From contig NC_092672.1 in NCBI RefSeq assembly GCF_964355755.1, positions 38,508,437-38,572,436 on the forward strand: 64,000 nucleotides of DNA, given 5' to 3'. The notes beneath the pieces are model-generated. The model was given only the letters and a program-made list of their open reading frames with translations, did no database searches and had not been told where the DNA came from. Within the stretch, counting starts at the first letter, position 1, and every line of letters starts with the position of its first letter. Source of the DNA: Antedon mediterranea. Its lineage: Eukaryota; Animalia; Echinodermata. This document shows, piece by piece, positions 1 to 14,449 of the stretch. The translations under genes and the position numbers were made by a program.

Positions 1-204
1 GTGAAATATGGCACTCAACGGACCAATAAAATTGCATAAATGATATTACTTTATTGTCAAAGGATACTGTTAACATTTTTAAGTGAGAAAGTTCTACAAA
101 AATAAAATAATAATTTTATTACAGGATTTTTAAGGTTCTTTTGAGAAAGAAACAAAAACAAATCTTATCATTACTATTCTGAGAACGAAAACTTAAATCA
201 TTTA

Positions 205-906
205 AAGCTCTGTCTACACTATCAAACTTTAAGCTCTGTCTACACTATCAAACTTTAAGCTCTGTCCACACTATCAAACTTTAAGCTCTGTCTACACTAT
301 CAAACTTTAAGCTCTGTCTACACTATCAAACTTTAAGCTCTGTCTACACTATAAAACTTTAAGCTCTGTCTACACTATCAAACTTTAAGCTCTGTCTACA
401 CTATCAAACTTTAAGCTCTGTCTACACTATCAAACTTTAAGCTCTGTCCACACTATCAAACTTTAAGCTCTGTCTACACTATCAAACTTTAAGCTCTGTC
501 TACACTATCAAACTTTAAGCTCTGTCTACACTATCAAACTTTAAGCTCTGTCTACACTATCAAACTTTAAGCTCTGTCCACACTATCGAACTTTAAGCTC
601 TGTCTACACTATCAAACTTTAAGCTCTGTCCACACTATCAAACTTTAAGCTCTGTCTACACTATCAAACTTTAAGCTCTGTCTACACTATCAAACTTTAA
701 GCTCTGTCTACACTATCAAACTTTAAGCTCTGGCCACACTATCAAACTTTAAGCTCTGTCTACACTATCAAACTTTAAGCTCTGTCCACACTATCAAACT
801 TTAAGCTCTGTCTACACTATCAAACTTTAAGCTCTGTCTACACTATCAAACTTTAAGCTCTGTCTACACTATCAAACTTTAAGCTCTGTCTACACTATCA
901 AACTTT
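205..906. repeat. 26-bp minisatellite (AAGCTCTGTCTACACTATCAAACTTT x27), identical to the left terminus of the adjacent MITE
   Basis: Units start every 26 bp from 205 to 881, with a few substitutions (TCCAC, GGCCAC). The last unit runs directly into the MITE body. Confidence 0.97.
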
Positions 907-1020
907 ATGTGACAAAAAAAATGTGATGTGCCCATATATAGAAATGATGATGTCATAATCACTACCATATTTTGGCACATCACACTTTTTTTTGTCAAAC
1001 TTTTGAGTGTAGACAGAGCT
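882..1020. mobile_element. MITE family A (about 140 bp; TIR AGCTCTGTCTACACT; TA flanks)
   Basis: AGCTCTGTCTACACT...AGTGTAGACAGAGCT flanked by TA. The body GTGACAAAAAAATGTGATGTGCCC...CACTACCATATTTGGGCAC recurs at about 23.8, 35.3, 40.7, 55.8, 56.9 and 58.1 kb. Confidence 0.85.
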
Positions 1021-2252
1021 TAAGACTGCAACAAAAAACTATTAGCCAATCAGGTGTTGGCTGTACACTGTGCCAATCGATTGTGCATGATGGGATGGAC
1101 AAAGGCTACCTATGGAGCTATTTTATCCATCTATGCTCTGAGGAATAGACATTGGTTAGACCATTGTGGTTATATTGCATTTGATGAAGCGAAGATAAAT
1201 ATTGAGGGCAGATGTATTATTACTTTATGTTTTGGCCCTGGCTGATGATAAAGGCCGACGGCCGGGGTGGGGGAGGTGGGATGGGAGCACCATAACATCA
1301 TTTGTCGGTTGTTGTAATAGTTTAACTTGTTATTGATGTTCACAGGCTGAATGGATGGCAAGGGAAAGCATCATTACAACCAATACATTTCTAAGGTGCA
1401 ACATTTTAAATAACATATCGGGTGGTTATTAAATGGTGATTACGAAAGACTTAGGCCCTATATACATTTATTTATTATTGTATTGCCGTCAGTTACAAAA
1501 ATAATAAATTATTCCAAAATAAGAAAACTTACAGTGGATATTAATTCTTCAACAAAGATTAGATTGAATCTGTGAAATAACAGCATGTGTTAGAGGCGGG
1601 ATGAATATCCAACCTGATCAATAAAATGTTATTGTCTGTGCCAAATGGATCACAACACCTATTCACCAAAGTCTGTTTCTTTTGCCTAACTTTTGAATTT
1701 AATATTTTGATTTGAGATCAGAGCCTGAAGCAACGTCTAAGCGTATTATACGTTGGCGGTAATTCTCAAAGGCCTGCCTGCAAAGTTCAGTAAGATTGTT
1801 ACTTCTATTCTTCTATTGTTGTTTTAGAATAAAATGCTTGAGAAAATTTTTGGCTTAAGGTTTCGCTCATGCCATTGATAAAATCTACTATTAGGACATA
1901 TTTTATCGTACAAAACTGACATTAAATAGACTTAAGATACCCGATAAGTATTCAACGTCATGCACACACGTTACAGAGCGTACGCGAATACAACACCGGC
2001 GCGTACAACACCCGGGCGTACAAAAAGCGATTGTTTGTATAATAGTAGCCTATACGACGTCTGAGAACGACGCGAGTGAGATATACAGGACGCGCTTTAC
2101 ATGTTCCAATAACATTTATTTAATTGGTATTATATTGAATGTTTTCTGGCTTTATTTTTTCTAAATATATTTAATATTTAATACAAATGGTTGTTTGGCT
2201 AAAAGAACAACTTTGTGATGAACATATTAATCTAAAAACGTAGGCCAAATAA

Positions 2253-2970
2253 AAGCTGCGACACAGGTCGACGCACGACGACGATGTTGTCAACATCAAG
2301 CTGCGACACAGGTCGACGCACGACGGCGATGTTGTCAACATCTTTGTATTCGGCTGTCGTCGTAGCTTGAATGTACGTCTTCAAAAAAGCACGACGCTAT
2401 ATACGCTATATCGCTAATGTATTACATAATAATAATGCAATGTTTCTGTAATTAACATTGTGTATTATGTATCCCGCACAAATAACATTCGTTCTTTTTT
2501 ATAGTGTGTCATCGTGCACCAATGTGCTCCGTCCGTCGGTCGTTAAAACTTGGACACTCTTTTTGATTTGTAACCCCGTATCGTAGCCAAGTCGGCAAGT
2601 CTGTGATCAACCGACATTGACAGGTCGACGCACGACGACGATGTTGTCAACATCAAGCTGCGACACAGGTCGACGCACGACGACGATGTTGTCAACATCT
2701 TTGTATTCGGCTGTCGTCGTAGCTTGAATGTACGTCTTCAAAAAAGCACGACGCTATATCGCTAATGTATTACATAATAATAATGTAATGTTTCTGTAAT
2801 TAACATTGTGTATTATGTATCGCGCACAAATAACATTCGTTCTTTTTTATAGTGTGTCATCGTGCAACAATGTGCTCCGTCCGTCGGTCGTTAAAACTTT
2901 GACACTCTTTTTGATTTGTAACCCCGTATCGTAGCCAAGTCGGCAAGTCTGTGATCAACCGACATTGACA
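2253..2970. repeat. Tandem duplication of about 355 bp with an internal 45-bp sub-repeat
   Basis: CAGGTCGACGCACGACGACGATGTTGTCAACATC...CCGACATTGAC is present twice, near-identical (about 2264-2620 and 2621-2970). Confidence 0.9.
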
Positions 2971-5900
2971 ATATCGTGCATGTTTTTATTTCTTTCAAAG
3001 GTGAGAATTTCACACTGGTGTACTTCCTACAACTAAAATCCACTTGTTAAGAGATTATGGTTTCATCGGATCCCCTTAAGTCCGACTTAAGGTTCGACTT
3101 GCTGGCATTTTAGAAAAGCTATCAGCTCTGAGTTCATGTACGGGTAAAGATGTTTCTAAATGGCCCTTAAGTGGTTTCTAAAGATATTTAATACGGCAAA
3201 GGAATTCCAGTAAATACGCTGGCCACTTTAGAATAACACAAGACAGTTATTCTAACAAATATAAAATATATAATCATTTTTTGGTCTTTATGTAAAGCAC
3301 AGGTTTACATTTTATTCTTTTCCAATTTAGTAGGTAAAATTACTTGAATATTGATTCAACATTTTCTTGAAAGCTGTTATAAAAGTATACGGGCCTAATT
3401 TTATTTGAAACTCGACGCCACGTAGACACAAAGTTGAAGCGAGCATTTAAAAGACGTACCAGTTGACGCGCGCGTAAACAATGTATGTTTTTTTGTAGTG
3501 TCATTGATTACTTGTATATAACATTGCAAGGTATCTTTACTAGTTCAAATAATATGTGCTTAAAAGTTACCAAAGCGAATATGGGACGCCAAAGAAAGGT
3601 ATAATGTGATGTTCCCAGGTCACCATCTTTTCTGCACTTCTGTATTTTGTAGTAAATTCTGAAAATATATTAACGGCCGCCGGATGTTTTGTAAGCCTAT
3701 AAGCGAGGGCTTTATAAACAAGAGTTTAACTTTGTAGTATCCTAAAGAACCCGGATGGTACTTTCTAAAACTATGACTCACAACACTTCAACAGAAATCG
3801 CTCTATAAGAGTGTAAAAAGTTTCACAAAAAAAGAATGTCATCTATAGGTCAAAAATAACTTGACTTGGCGGATATAAATAAAACTATTGTTGTTTTCAC
3901 TGGCTAAGCCCATCAAGGTAATATTGCCATGGCATCATTTACATTTTTGGTCACCGATAGAGTATGAAATGATAAATTGTTTTTAAAATATTCGTTTACT
4001 TTACATGGGTCTTCACAATTTCTAATTCATAAAGAAGAATGTCCATGTATGACGTCACTGCGTTCATGATCGACTACTGTAGTTTTCAAATATAAACCAA
4101 TTTGAATATTTTTAATTTTGTAATTTTTAAGATAGCCATTGTGCAGTTAAGTCATATAGCTGTTCGTCGCGCAAAATTTATTTTAAACATTATAACCGTC
4201 TTAATATTATAATTGTAATCACAAGTATAACAACTTTAATTTAATATCTAGTGAAAAACGTAATATGAATGTTTTGTTTTTGATAATAATGAATGTTTTC
4301 TTATGAACTGTCAGTTTTCATAAAGAAAGCATGTCATATTATGAAGCAACGTTGTTAATATTGATGGTTGGTTAACGTGTTGGTTAAACAATGTACTGCA
4401 GTAAATTCAGATGGAGAGGAGAGGAGGCGAAGCGTGATGGACAAACGCATCAGCAGACAAGCCGACACATTTAACGCTTACATGTCATTTCATTAAACAA
4501 AGAACTACCAAAGGGTTGGAATAATATTTCAAACTTTTATAGCTTCGTTAATTTCCAAATACATGTCGTTATTTTCGTTGAGCATAGTTTTTAAAGTGTG
4601 CACAGATGTTAGATACGGGTGTTTAAACGTATTTGTACTCATTTTAAATAAGTAGGCCTAAACCTATCATGGTCAATTATTAATTGACGTTTCAAAATTG
4701 ATAAAAGTATTCACGCAGAACGGATTCAATCGCATTTTAAAGTCAATTAGTTTAGGACTACATTCCGAATTGAAACCTCAAATGACGGGGCAGAAATCAT
4801 TAACTTGTAAACATATTAAAGTAAACTGGAATTAAACTTAAAAGCAGTTCTCGAAAATATGCGAGTCATAGTAACAACCTCTGCGTGTAAACAGCTTCAG
4901 TATGGCTTCATATCCAATCAGAGAAGCAAGTTCTGAAAGTTTAAGTTTTTTAGTATATATAACAGTATGAATACTGTATCCGAGGCAACCTATTAAACAT
5001 GTATTTTATACACGATTAATGCGTTCATATTTAAAGCAACGCGTCAGCCATAAACTTTATAGGCCATTATGTTCCAAGTGTCTGCATTTCCTTCTCTTAT
5101 TGTCGATAAAGAAATAAACACGGGCATACGTATACAAAATAACCAGGACTAGTTGTACGCTATATTTTATTGACTTTCCTATTTCATTTACTCATCCTTT
5201 TAATTCAATGATTCTTTTTATCTTCTCTTTATTTGATCACTCAATCCGGTATGTTAACCCGCCCTTGTTTTGTTGAAGCATGGGCGTTTATTATATAACT
5301 GACCAAAAACTAACTTTAAACAATGCTATAAAAGTGTTTTCACACAAACATTGCGTATTGAACAAATTGTAAATGTAAATAGTGTTCCGATTTGCGCCTT
5401 TGAAGTCAACACCGAAATGGAAAAAAAAAATCGTTAAATAGCCAGTTGAATAAAAAAAAAACACAAACATGTGTCTTTTATTCAATGATCCACGAAACCT
5501 TTATTGGTATTTTTATTCTTTTAAATCATAAACAACATTTGTTTCGTTTTCATAAACAAACGCCGGTTATGTAATTTAAATATTTTGATAATTTCTTCCT
5601 TCGATGACTTTAATAACGTAATTATCTACAAGAAATTTTGTAATGATAATTTTATATTTCGTTACAATACAATATTGATAACATACAAGATAATAGCAAT
5701 AGCAACTCAGACAAATGTTTTATATATAACAATCAAACAGCTTTAAAAACTCTGACTGTCATTGTGTAAATAATAACAGATTGATATGTTCTGTTCATAA
5801 AAACATTACACTCTAATAAAAACAAGGATTTAACAAAAATACAACAGACCTAATGTACATACTGTATATGGTAACACCAGGCAATACAATACAATTTTGG

Positions 5901-7187
5901 TACACAATTTACAGGGGAATCGATACGTCCCCTTGCCATAGTTTTTGAAAGATAGAGAGAACCACATAAGCTATATTTACTCTAGAGGGCAGTATTTATG
6001 ATAAAAATGTTCATCATCAACAAAATAAATAGGTCTCAACAAAATATCGAAACACTAAAAGCCTGATAGAATGAAATAACAATTCCTTCGGTATGGCTAT
6101 AAAAGAAGAATGGAACTAATATCATTAATGTTATCGATTTATTTAAACAAATTTAACCCTGTTTAGAAGGGTGACCTAAAACAGCGTCATATTGAACATT
6201 TCTTACTAAAACCTGTCGAAAGCCAATTGAATCTCTGCAATAATCAAACATTACAACCAATGGATTATTGTAACAAAGTATAATAAAAAGACTCTAACGG
6301 TTTTGATGTTGTCGACCAAATCAATTTATTTACCGATAAGTGAGTGAAAGGCTGTGATATTTTGATATTCCATTACATTTAAAAAAATACCTTTCGATTG
6401 AAGAATAACAACACGTCTTATTTCTTAACGAATCTGATGTTTTATTGGTTCCAAATGTTAAGTGATTTCCTTTTAATTACTTTTGGTTGACAAATAGTAA
6501 TTATTATTTAAACTAAGCAAGGCTGAACTAACACGTATCCGACAATCGTAACTGAACAAATCTCGTTAAATTTATTGACGATTGAAAAACAATTATTGTT
6601 AAGTATAAACAAGACATTTTTCTACAAAAAGTTAAAAGTTACCGACTGGAAAAACAGAGGAACAACGAACAAAAGGAGATTAGCAACAAAATCAGGTGTT
6701 TTGAATTTTGACACCGACGGGTAAGTGTAGGTGAAAACGTTCATAAAAACACAATTTCCATAGAAAAATGAACAAAGAAGTGAAAGAATTGCATGATATC
6801 GCAAAGCCCTTCTTCTTAGCTATCAAAAGATGTAATTATTCTGCATCAGCAACTTTGGGCAGACACAGACAAAGGCAAATAATGCACCTCAGTCATAAAA
6901 TTTACCTAAAAATACAATCATAAACTTTGATATTAGATTCAACAGAGTTAAAAAGCAAGTAAACAATGTTCGGAATATGTTCTCAAAATTTAACTTGAAA
7001 TCACTAATAATAGACTTTCGTTTTCGTCTTTAAACTGCAAATTATTAGAGTTATCACCACAGATTCACTTTACATAATACCAAAATTAAGTTGATGAAAA
7101 TTTAATTCTTTTTCCAAGGATTCGCTGGCACCTGCACATTATAATTTATCTTACAAATTATCTTGTGGCTGATGTTTCAAGCTTACA

Positions 7188-7330
7188 GCTTGGTTCCCAA
7201 TGGGCACAACGCAATGACATAAGCGCAACGAAATTACGTAAGCGCAGTGCAGAGAGTTGACCAAAAAAAACACGAATAATCCATCACTTGTGATTCGTCA
7301 ATTTACTTGCGTTTCGCGTACGTTTATGCG
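7188..7330. mobile_element. Degenerate copy of MITE family B
   Basis: AGCTTGGTTCCCA...GAGTTGACCAA...GAATAATCCATC(A)CTTGTGATT matches the copies at 31880 and 36602. Confidence 0.6.
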
Positions 7331-10300
7331 TGGCGCCCTAATGTCGTAGGCCTACGGTACATTTCATCATCTTAGCATGTTGTTTGAAAACCAATGATCG
7401 GCTACAATATTTTGTTTTTAACTAAATTTCCTTATTTATGAAAACATTAAAATTTACTTTAATGACATGACACGGTGTTTATTTATAGTTTCAACAACCA
7501 GCATCATTAGTTCAGGAAAAAAGTTCGTTTATTCAAGAAGGTGTAAGAATGAAGCATGCATCGTAGACAACGAGTCCCTAGGCCTGGCAAGCTGTTTAAA
7601 CCGTGTCGATTTTGAAGCCTTAACGCGACGAGGTGTGCTTTCGTCGGGACAAATGCCTATTCCTTAGCCCTAAAAACCACAACACTGTTAATCAGTGGTC
7701 CGTTTCGACCCGTCTATATGTACTTTTCTTACTAAAACCTGTCGAAAGCCAATTGAATATCTGCAATTACATATACTTAAATTACAAAGAGAAACGTTTA
7801 TTTGATTTGAAAAGCTAAAAGTGCATTACACTATTCGTATACAATGCAATAAATACTTCAGTTTGTTGAAAAATAAAGCTGTTTTTAGTCTTTATAAATA
7901 CAGTATGCAAAATATACGGGTAAACTGATTTTAACCTAAAAGTTCTTTGCTTGATCCGCCAATAAGATAACACTATATACAGTACCTTTACATTTTTACA
8001 ACATACTGGGATAAAAGCCGCGTGTAACTATTTTTTAACATTATGAACATATTATAAATTGTAACAATATTAAAATTCATAAAATATGGATGACCAAAGA
8101 ATGAACGGATACCGTACTGCAATGGAGAATAATAAAAGAAATGACAGATACAATAAATATACAGTGAATTAATTATAAAAGAATGAATACTTCAAGAATA
8201 AAATAATTTAAAGATAAATGGGGACAAAATAATTATCGATAAATCTAAATGAACTAATTAACAGAAAATATATTGAATACGTAAATTAATAAACTAAACT
8301 GAATGAATAAATGGAGGAATGAATGGAGAAAAAATATATATAATCAAGCAATATAGACTTTAAAAAAAATAATATTCTCTTATTGTCCACAAACAAAAAA
8401 TAATTGACAAATGGTGATAATGTACATAACAACATAATAAACATGTTGTTATGATTTGGTAGTAGGCCTACTTATTGTTGTACTTAAAATAGAACATCTT
8501 GTTACGATTTAGCCGTCTACTCAAACAACTTTAAAAGTACAAGCACCTTTGACCTCAAAGTTCACTTTATTGCTGACCTAACCAGCTGTCTCTCACTCTT
8601 TCATTTTCAGGTTTTGTTAGATTTTGCTCATATTTTTGTGATCTTTTACAATTCGCTGGCAGTTTGCTGGACAACGGCGACTTAGAATGTACTTTGCGTG
8701 CGCGGCACACTTTGGCAGACTAAAAAAAAAATATTCATTGTACAGTAGCAACATTGTGCCAATAATACAACACGACATTGGAAATGCATTTTAATTCTAT
8801 ATCGACTGGTCTGTTTTGAGAAGATAGCTTCTCTAACTCATCTGGTTCTGTGCAAGTATCTTTTGCGAACCTTTTAGCTCGTGAGCCACCATGATACCTC
8901 TGTATCTATATAATAATCATGTTCAATGCAGCTTATGCCATCCACTGTTCAACCATTTCATTTTATCGTCTCACAAAATTTCCATAGGCCTATTTCCTTA
9001 TCTGTCAGCTTCCTCGGTTTGTCCATATATTTGTTTTAATATATATGTTTAGAACTTGATATTTTATTATATTATCTTTTCTGCTCTTCAATGCATTTGT
9101 ATAGTATTATAACATAGCGGTCCCATTGTTTGTAATCTTGTTATTTTGTCTTTATTGTATTGTTATTGATATCAATTTTAACAAATGGTGTGAATTAAAG
9201 TTATTGATTTTTCTCGCAAAAATGTTCATATAATTATATCTTCTTTTTTTTTCATTTATTCATCTACACGTTTTTTCATTTCTAAAAATCTATATACACA
9301 CTCGTCACCGTATACTGTTTATAAATTTGTTTTGATGCATGTAATCTTGTCTCCTTTTGTTACTTGGTTCGTTTTCTCGTGGGTCACATTACGAGCGATG
9401 TAATTCCTTTTGTTATAATCATTATCTATCCATTTCAATTTACTCATAAATTAATATACCCCTTTTGTCTCAAATGCCTACTTAAACACCTTGTATCTTC
9501 AACTCAGTACTGACTGCCGCCATTTCTATTTGTATACGGACGCTATAAAACTCGTCTATACGGTACCAACTCATGTATAATATAGGCTTTGAGTAATTTG
9601 TTTTCTTATAGGTCTATAAATTACTTGATAGTGTTATTAAAACACACAACACAATACAATACAATTGAGAAGTTATTGGATTTCGCCACAACAAACTACA
9701 TAACAACGAAACCGGTCACAACAAAATTAGTTTAGAGCAAGAGCATGCGGCGATCATGTTTATTTTTAGAATTTAAATTTATCATTTCATAATTTTAGCA
9801 CATTTTGAACACATGACGTCACAGTGGACCAAATTAGCCAGATACAGGATGAGAAACAAAACATGTAATAATTTGCGACGACATGCGGAAAACTACAAAC
9901 TTTTCGAAATATAAATTGATAACTGGGTTCGAATAATTTTACGGTTTAATTTGTATATTTTTCTTCTCACCCTACTTTATCGAATTCCTGAATATACGAA
10001 AGTCTAAAATTTAGATGTAATTATATAGGCCTACATTCTTTTCACATCAGTCCTAGTTATGCAGCCAAGATCAACTTGCTTCTCGAAGCACACTAACACG
10101 TAACATCCATCACCGTATAACGCCATGTAATCTTAACCAAAGCTAACGTAAGCTAGCCAATTTAAATATCGGGACACATTTGTGTCGCTAAAATCCATCG
10201 TGTTTTTATCGATATTGTTATTTCTTTATATCATGATGGGTAAATACAAGATGCATATAACTGAACTACTCAGCTTCTATGAATAGATAGGAAACGTTTA

Positions 10301-11475
10301 GTTCGAGTCAATTGCCCGTGACAACTCATAAAACAGTTGCTGGAAGCGAATTCAATTTGTGTAGGATCATTTGCAATTAGTTTATGTGCTATATTCTTTA
10401 CCCACGGTCTCTCTCTAAGGAGACGAGTCGACTCTGGTTGGTTCATACAAGCGTTCTTAGCGATTTGTCTTACTCTTATCTATCCTCAACAAATCTGCAT
10501 CGTACAATAAATAACGCGACAATGAACACTCGTTTAAACAAAATTCTACAATATATTTTCTTTTTCATTTCTAAAACAATATTTTTCATGCTATACCAGT
10601 CTTACAATATACAGTACAGTATTTTCAGCGTATACATTCATTTTTACGCAACATGTCAACGCTAACAACGCAGAGGTGTATCTGTGTAACGCGCTGCGCA
10701 ACTCGGGTAAAACACTGACGCCGACCTATCATCGTTTCTCTCATACATAAGAGAAAAGAATTGGTGAAAATATGCATTATTCAATTTCTTGTCCTTCCCT
10801 GGAGAAAATGTGGAGTACTTTTCTCAACTTAGGTAGTCAAAAAATGAATATGTTGATGGTACTGATGACGGCGCATACCCCTTGAGACGGTGGGAAAACG
10901 AGAATCGAATGGATATTATAGAAATCATAAGGTAAAAATAAAGCGTATGTAATTGGCCGTGGGTTTGGTAATATTCCTTTGATGGCCAACAAGTCAAGAT
11001 TATTCAAGATTTATGAAGAATCACACACTATAATGCAAATATCTGGCCTTTGGGAATATAATGCAATCTTTGGAAAATATATAGTGTTCAATATTAATGT
11101 CAAATTTTCATAAAGTTCATGACATTAAGACATAATAATGTGACTATAGTGACATAATAATGTGACTATAGTGACATAAAAATATGACTACGAGACTAGG
11201 TAGCTCAACGTTTTTTAAGTTTCCGAAACTAAATAAATCGGTTGATACGAATAATGAATAAACTAAACCAAAGTTGTAATCATGTCCATAGTTCGGTTTG
11301 ATACATTTTTTAGGTTTTTGCATGCAAAATATATCGTAATGGATGGAATATTGACCATAAATCACATTACAACCAACAAATCTAGTATCAAATATTTGAT
11401 AATTTGGGAAAAAAAATACTTACGTAATGTGAACATCTTTATAACTGGAAGCTTTCCTTCAATATGTAGCCATCA

Positions 11476-12133
11476 AAATTGGTTGTTGGTTAATCTTGTA
11501 GTATTAACCAATTCTTGGTCAACATTTTGAACCAAACTGGTTGTTGATTAATCTTGTAATATAAACCAATTCTTGGTCAACCTTTCGAACCAAACTGGTT
11601 GTTGTTAATCTTGTAGTATAAACCAATTCTTGATCAACATTTTGAACCAAACTGCTTGTTGGTTAATCTGGTAGTACAACCAATTATTCTTGGTCAACAT
11701 TTTGAACCAAGTTGTTGCTTAATCTTGTAGTATAAACCAATTCTTGGTCAACCTTTTGGACCAAACTAGTTGTTGGTTAATCTTGTAGTATAAACCAATT
11801 CTTGGTCAACCTTTTAGACCAAACTGGTTATTAGTTAATATTGTAGTATAAACCAATTCTTGGTCAACCTTTTGGACCAAACTGGTTGTTGGTTAACCTT
11901 GTAGTATAAACCAATCCTTGGTCAACATTTTGAACCAAACTGGTTGTTGGTTAATCTTGTAATATTAACCAATTCTTGGTCAACATTTTAAACCAAACTG
12001 GTTGTTGGTTAATCTTGTAGTATAAACCATTTCTTAGTCAACCTTTTGAACTAAACTGGTTGTTGGTTAATCTTGTACAGTAGCATTAAACCAATTCTTG
12101 GTCAACCTTTTGAACCAAACTGGTTGTTGGCTA
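11476..12133. repeat. About 58-bp minisatellite, about 11 diverged copies
   Basis: Unit AAACTGGTTGTTGGTTAATCTTGTAGTATAAACCAATTCTTGGTCAACCTTTTGAACC. Confidence 0.93.
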
Positions 12134-12594
12134 AACTTTTAGCATAAAAACTGGTCACATTTAAAAAAATCAATTTTGTACCATTAAATCTAAAGTTCTT
12201 CATACCATAACAACATACTATCACACTTCATAATTCTTTACTATTTTAATTTATGAACAAATGGGTAAACTTACAAACTAAACTATAGTATCATACAAAT
12301 AACACCAAGTCCTCTGAGTGTTTTAATACAATTTAATGTAAATTATTTTTTACTGAAAATAATGGTAGTAAGGGAATATTATGTTCATAACTTTTCTATG
12401 TAAGGTACAATTTATTTTGCTTGATTTGGATACAAATAATCATAATTTCTTTTATCATAATAAAATAAACCAAATCAAACTATTGAATTAGGTTTATTTG
12501 TAATATAGCTACTATTATTCTGATTATAATTTTTTATAAGGTAATAATTAAATTCATAATTTCTTTTTGACTTAAAGAATTCAATCTTAGTTAA

Positions 12595-12890
12595 GAATGT
12601 CCAGCAATAAATACTGGGCGAGATTTGAAATCAAATTAGAAAGGTATTTCCGAGACTTCTTCTGCTCTAGTTGTTGTTTGACTATCATTGGTAATGAATG
12701 GATGAGGCCCTCTAGGGAGAACGCTTGACGACTCGGTCAAAAACCCCGACGCGTTGATCCATCCAGGTAGAACACTCGCAGCCAGTGAATCTCACACCTT
12801 GATCTCATTATGTTCTCAGTGTATGCTGCGAGAGTAAATACGACAGCACAACTGATACACTAGCCAACAAGTCAAAGTAAGCGAGTTTCA
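12595..12890 (-). ncRNA. Candidate long structured RNA with H/ACA-like 3' end (class unknown)
   Basis: GC-enriched island in very AT-rich DNA. Nested stems on the minus strand: TTTGAC/GTCAAA, CTCGCAGC/GCTGCGAG, TGGATG/CATCCA, AACGC/GCGTT. G-U pairs favour the minus strand. AGAGCA (ANANNA) lies about 62 nt before an ACA. Confidence 0.3.
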
Positions 12891-14449
12891 TACATTTAAA
12901 TGACTTTTCACGCTTATAAAACTCCTTCTGAAGCAACAAACTTAATCATGTATGCACTCGATTGACGACAACACCTGCCACCTTAATTAAAATTCATTAC
13001 AAGAAACAAACACAAGATGTCATATTTCTACATCCTATTCTCCAATTACTGTTGAAGGTTAAAAAACACTGAATATTGCCATACTCCACGCTAACCAGCA
13101 CAAGATATTGATCTTAGCATTATAATGTAATTAGCCAGTTTAGGCCTACTTTACTTCAAGACAAGTACTCACAATTAAAACAATAATTTTGAAGTTGAAG
13201 ATCAATAATTCAAAATCTCAGTAAATATTGGGTCAAAATGTTCACTGTAACAATGTCAACAGAACTTGTCATGAGTGTGTTGAGGGAATCCTTAACTTTT
13301 GATTGTTTAAAAATTCTTGAGAAACTTTATGGAAGAATTTGGTGATAGAGAGAAAATACAGTTACTGTATATAAGTTTTTTTTTTCTTTTTGGTGAGAGG
13401 AGCTGGAGTGACTGTGCCTTTTGAGCCATCATTTGATAACAACACTATTTTACTGTCACCACTCAAACAGGAAAAACTACTAATAACCGGATTTTTTTTA
13501 AAGCCCTGCATCACTAAACTCTGCTATCAGTAAATATAATATTTAGATACTTATTTGAACAATTAAGACAGATTGGTAATATATTAATATTCATGAGGGT
13601 AAGATTGACAATACATGAATATTCATGAGGATAATCTTTTAATGTAAATAGTCATTCTTTTTCCTATCTTCTGTCTATTTGTTTCAAATTAAACCTCATT
13701 ACTTGTTCGGCACTTAAATAACATACTAAAAATTGCATATTAAGTAAAGACTTTCATTAAATTGTATTGACTGAGGAACATAATTGTTCAATGTTATAAT
13801 ACTAATGAATAAACATTATATTATGTAATATTTAGCTTTATGCAATGTTTTCTGTTTCAACCTTCTGTGCAGTTTAAACATTTTAATCAAACCCTCTGTT
13901 TATTTATTCATTGATTCACAGATATTGATTTTGGAAGTGTTTCTTAGATTTCTAAAATTGTAAAACTTTTGAATAATCATAAAAAAGATTTCTTACATAC
14001 ATTATTGTTATTTCATTTCAATCACAGCCATAGGCCAATTACATGATGTCTTAAAAGTATAATTTCAAATTCATAAATTAAATAAAACGACAAAAAAAAT
14101 TACTATAATAAATATAGAATATTTACAGCATTCAAATAATAACATCTTGTACAAATAAATGAAAAATAAACCCAATATGTAATACAAATTATTCACATGT
14201 TGATTACATTAAAGACAATTTTTAAGGTTTTTCAAAATAAAAATGAGACTCAAATCTTGCCTGTAATTCCAAATTGTCCAATTGTATGATCCCTAGTACT
14301 GTTGTCCGAGTGGTATTCTCTCTGTAACTTTCATTCTATCATAGTTACTTGATTGAAAAGTAGGTGTAAAACTGCTTATTATTTCTGGAATTAAAATTAA
14401 TATAAATATTCTTAATTAGAGAAACATTCATCCCTTTTTTTTATTATCA

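Noticed and set aside
205-906. CRISPR-like appearance of the regular arrays (also 26509-27418, 29294-30612, 47468-48006)
   Set aside because: Units are head-to-tail with no unique spacers, there are no cas genes, and the context is eukaryotic.
4411-4497. Possible plus-strand terminal exon (DGEERRRSVMDKRISRQ..)
   Set aside because: Short, with no recognisable domain and no linkable upstream exons in the window.
6631-10931. Scattered plus-strand exon-like fragments (6631-6720, about 7488-7540, about 8611-8723, about 10837-10931)
   Set aside because: I could not join them into a phase-consistent ORF with recognisable homology.
12589-12808. Minus-strand ORF with in-frame TGA (MRSRCEIHW..GF*PSRQ..) as a selenoprotein
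   Set aside because: No recognisable selenoprotein motif or SECIS element; the region is better explained as non-coding.
12595-13150. Telomerase RNA hypothesis for the H/ACA-like island (CR4/5-like junction)
   Set aside because: No CTAACCCT template or convincing pseudoknot upstream on the minus strand.
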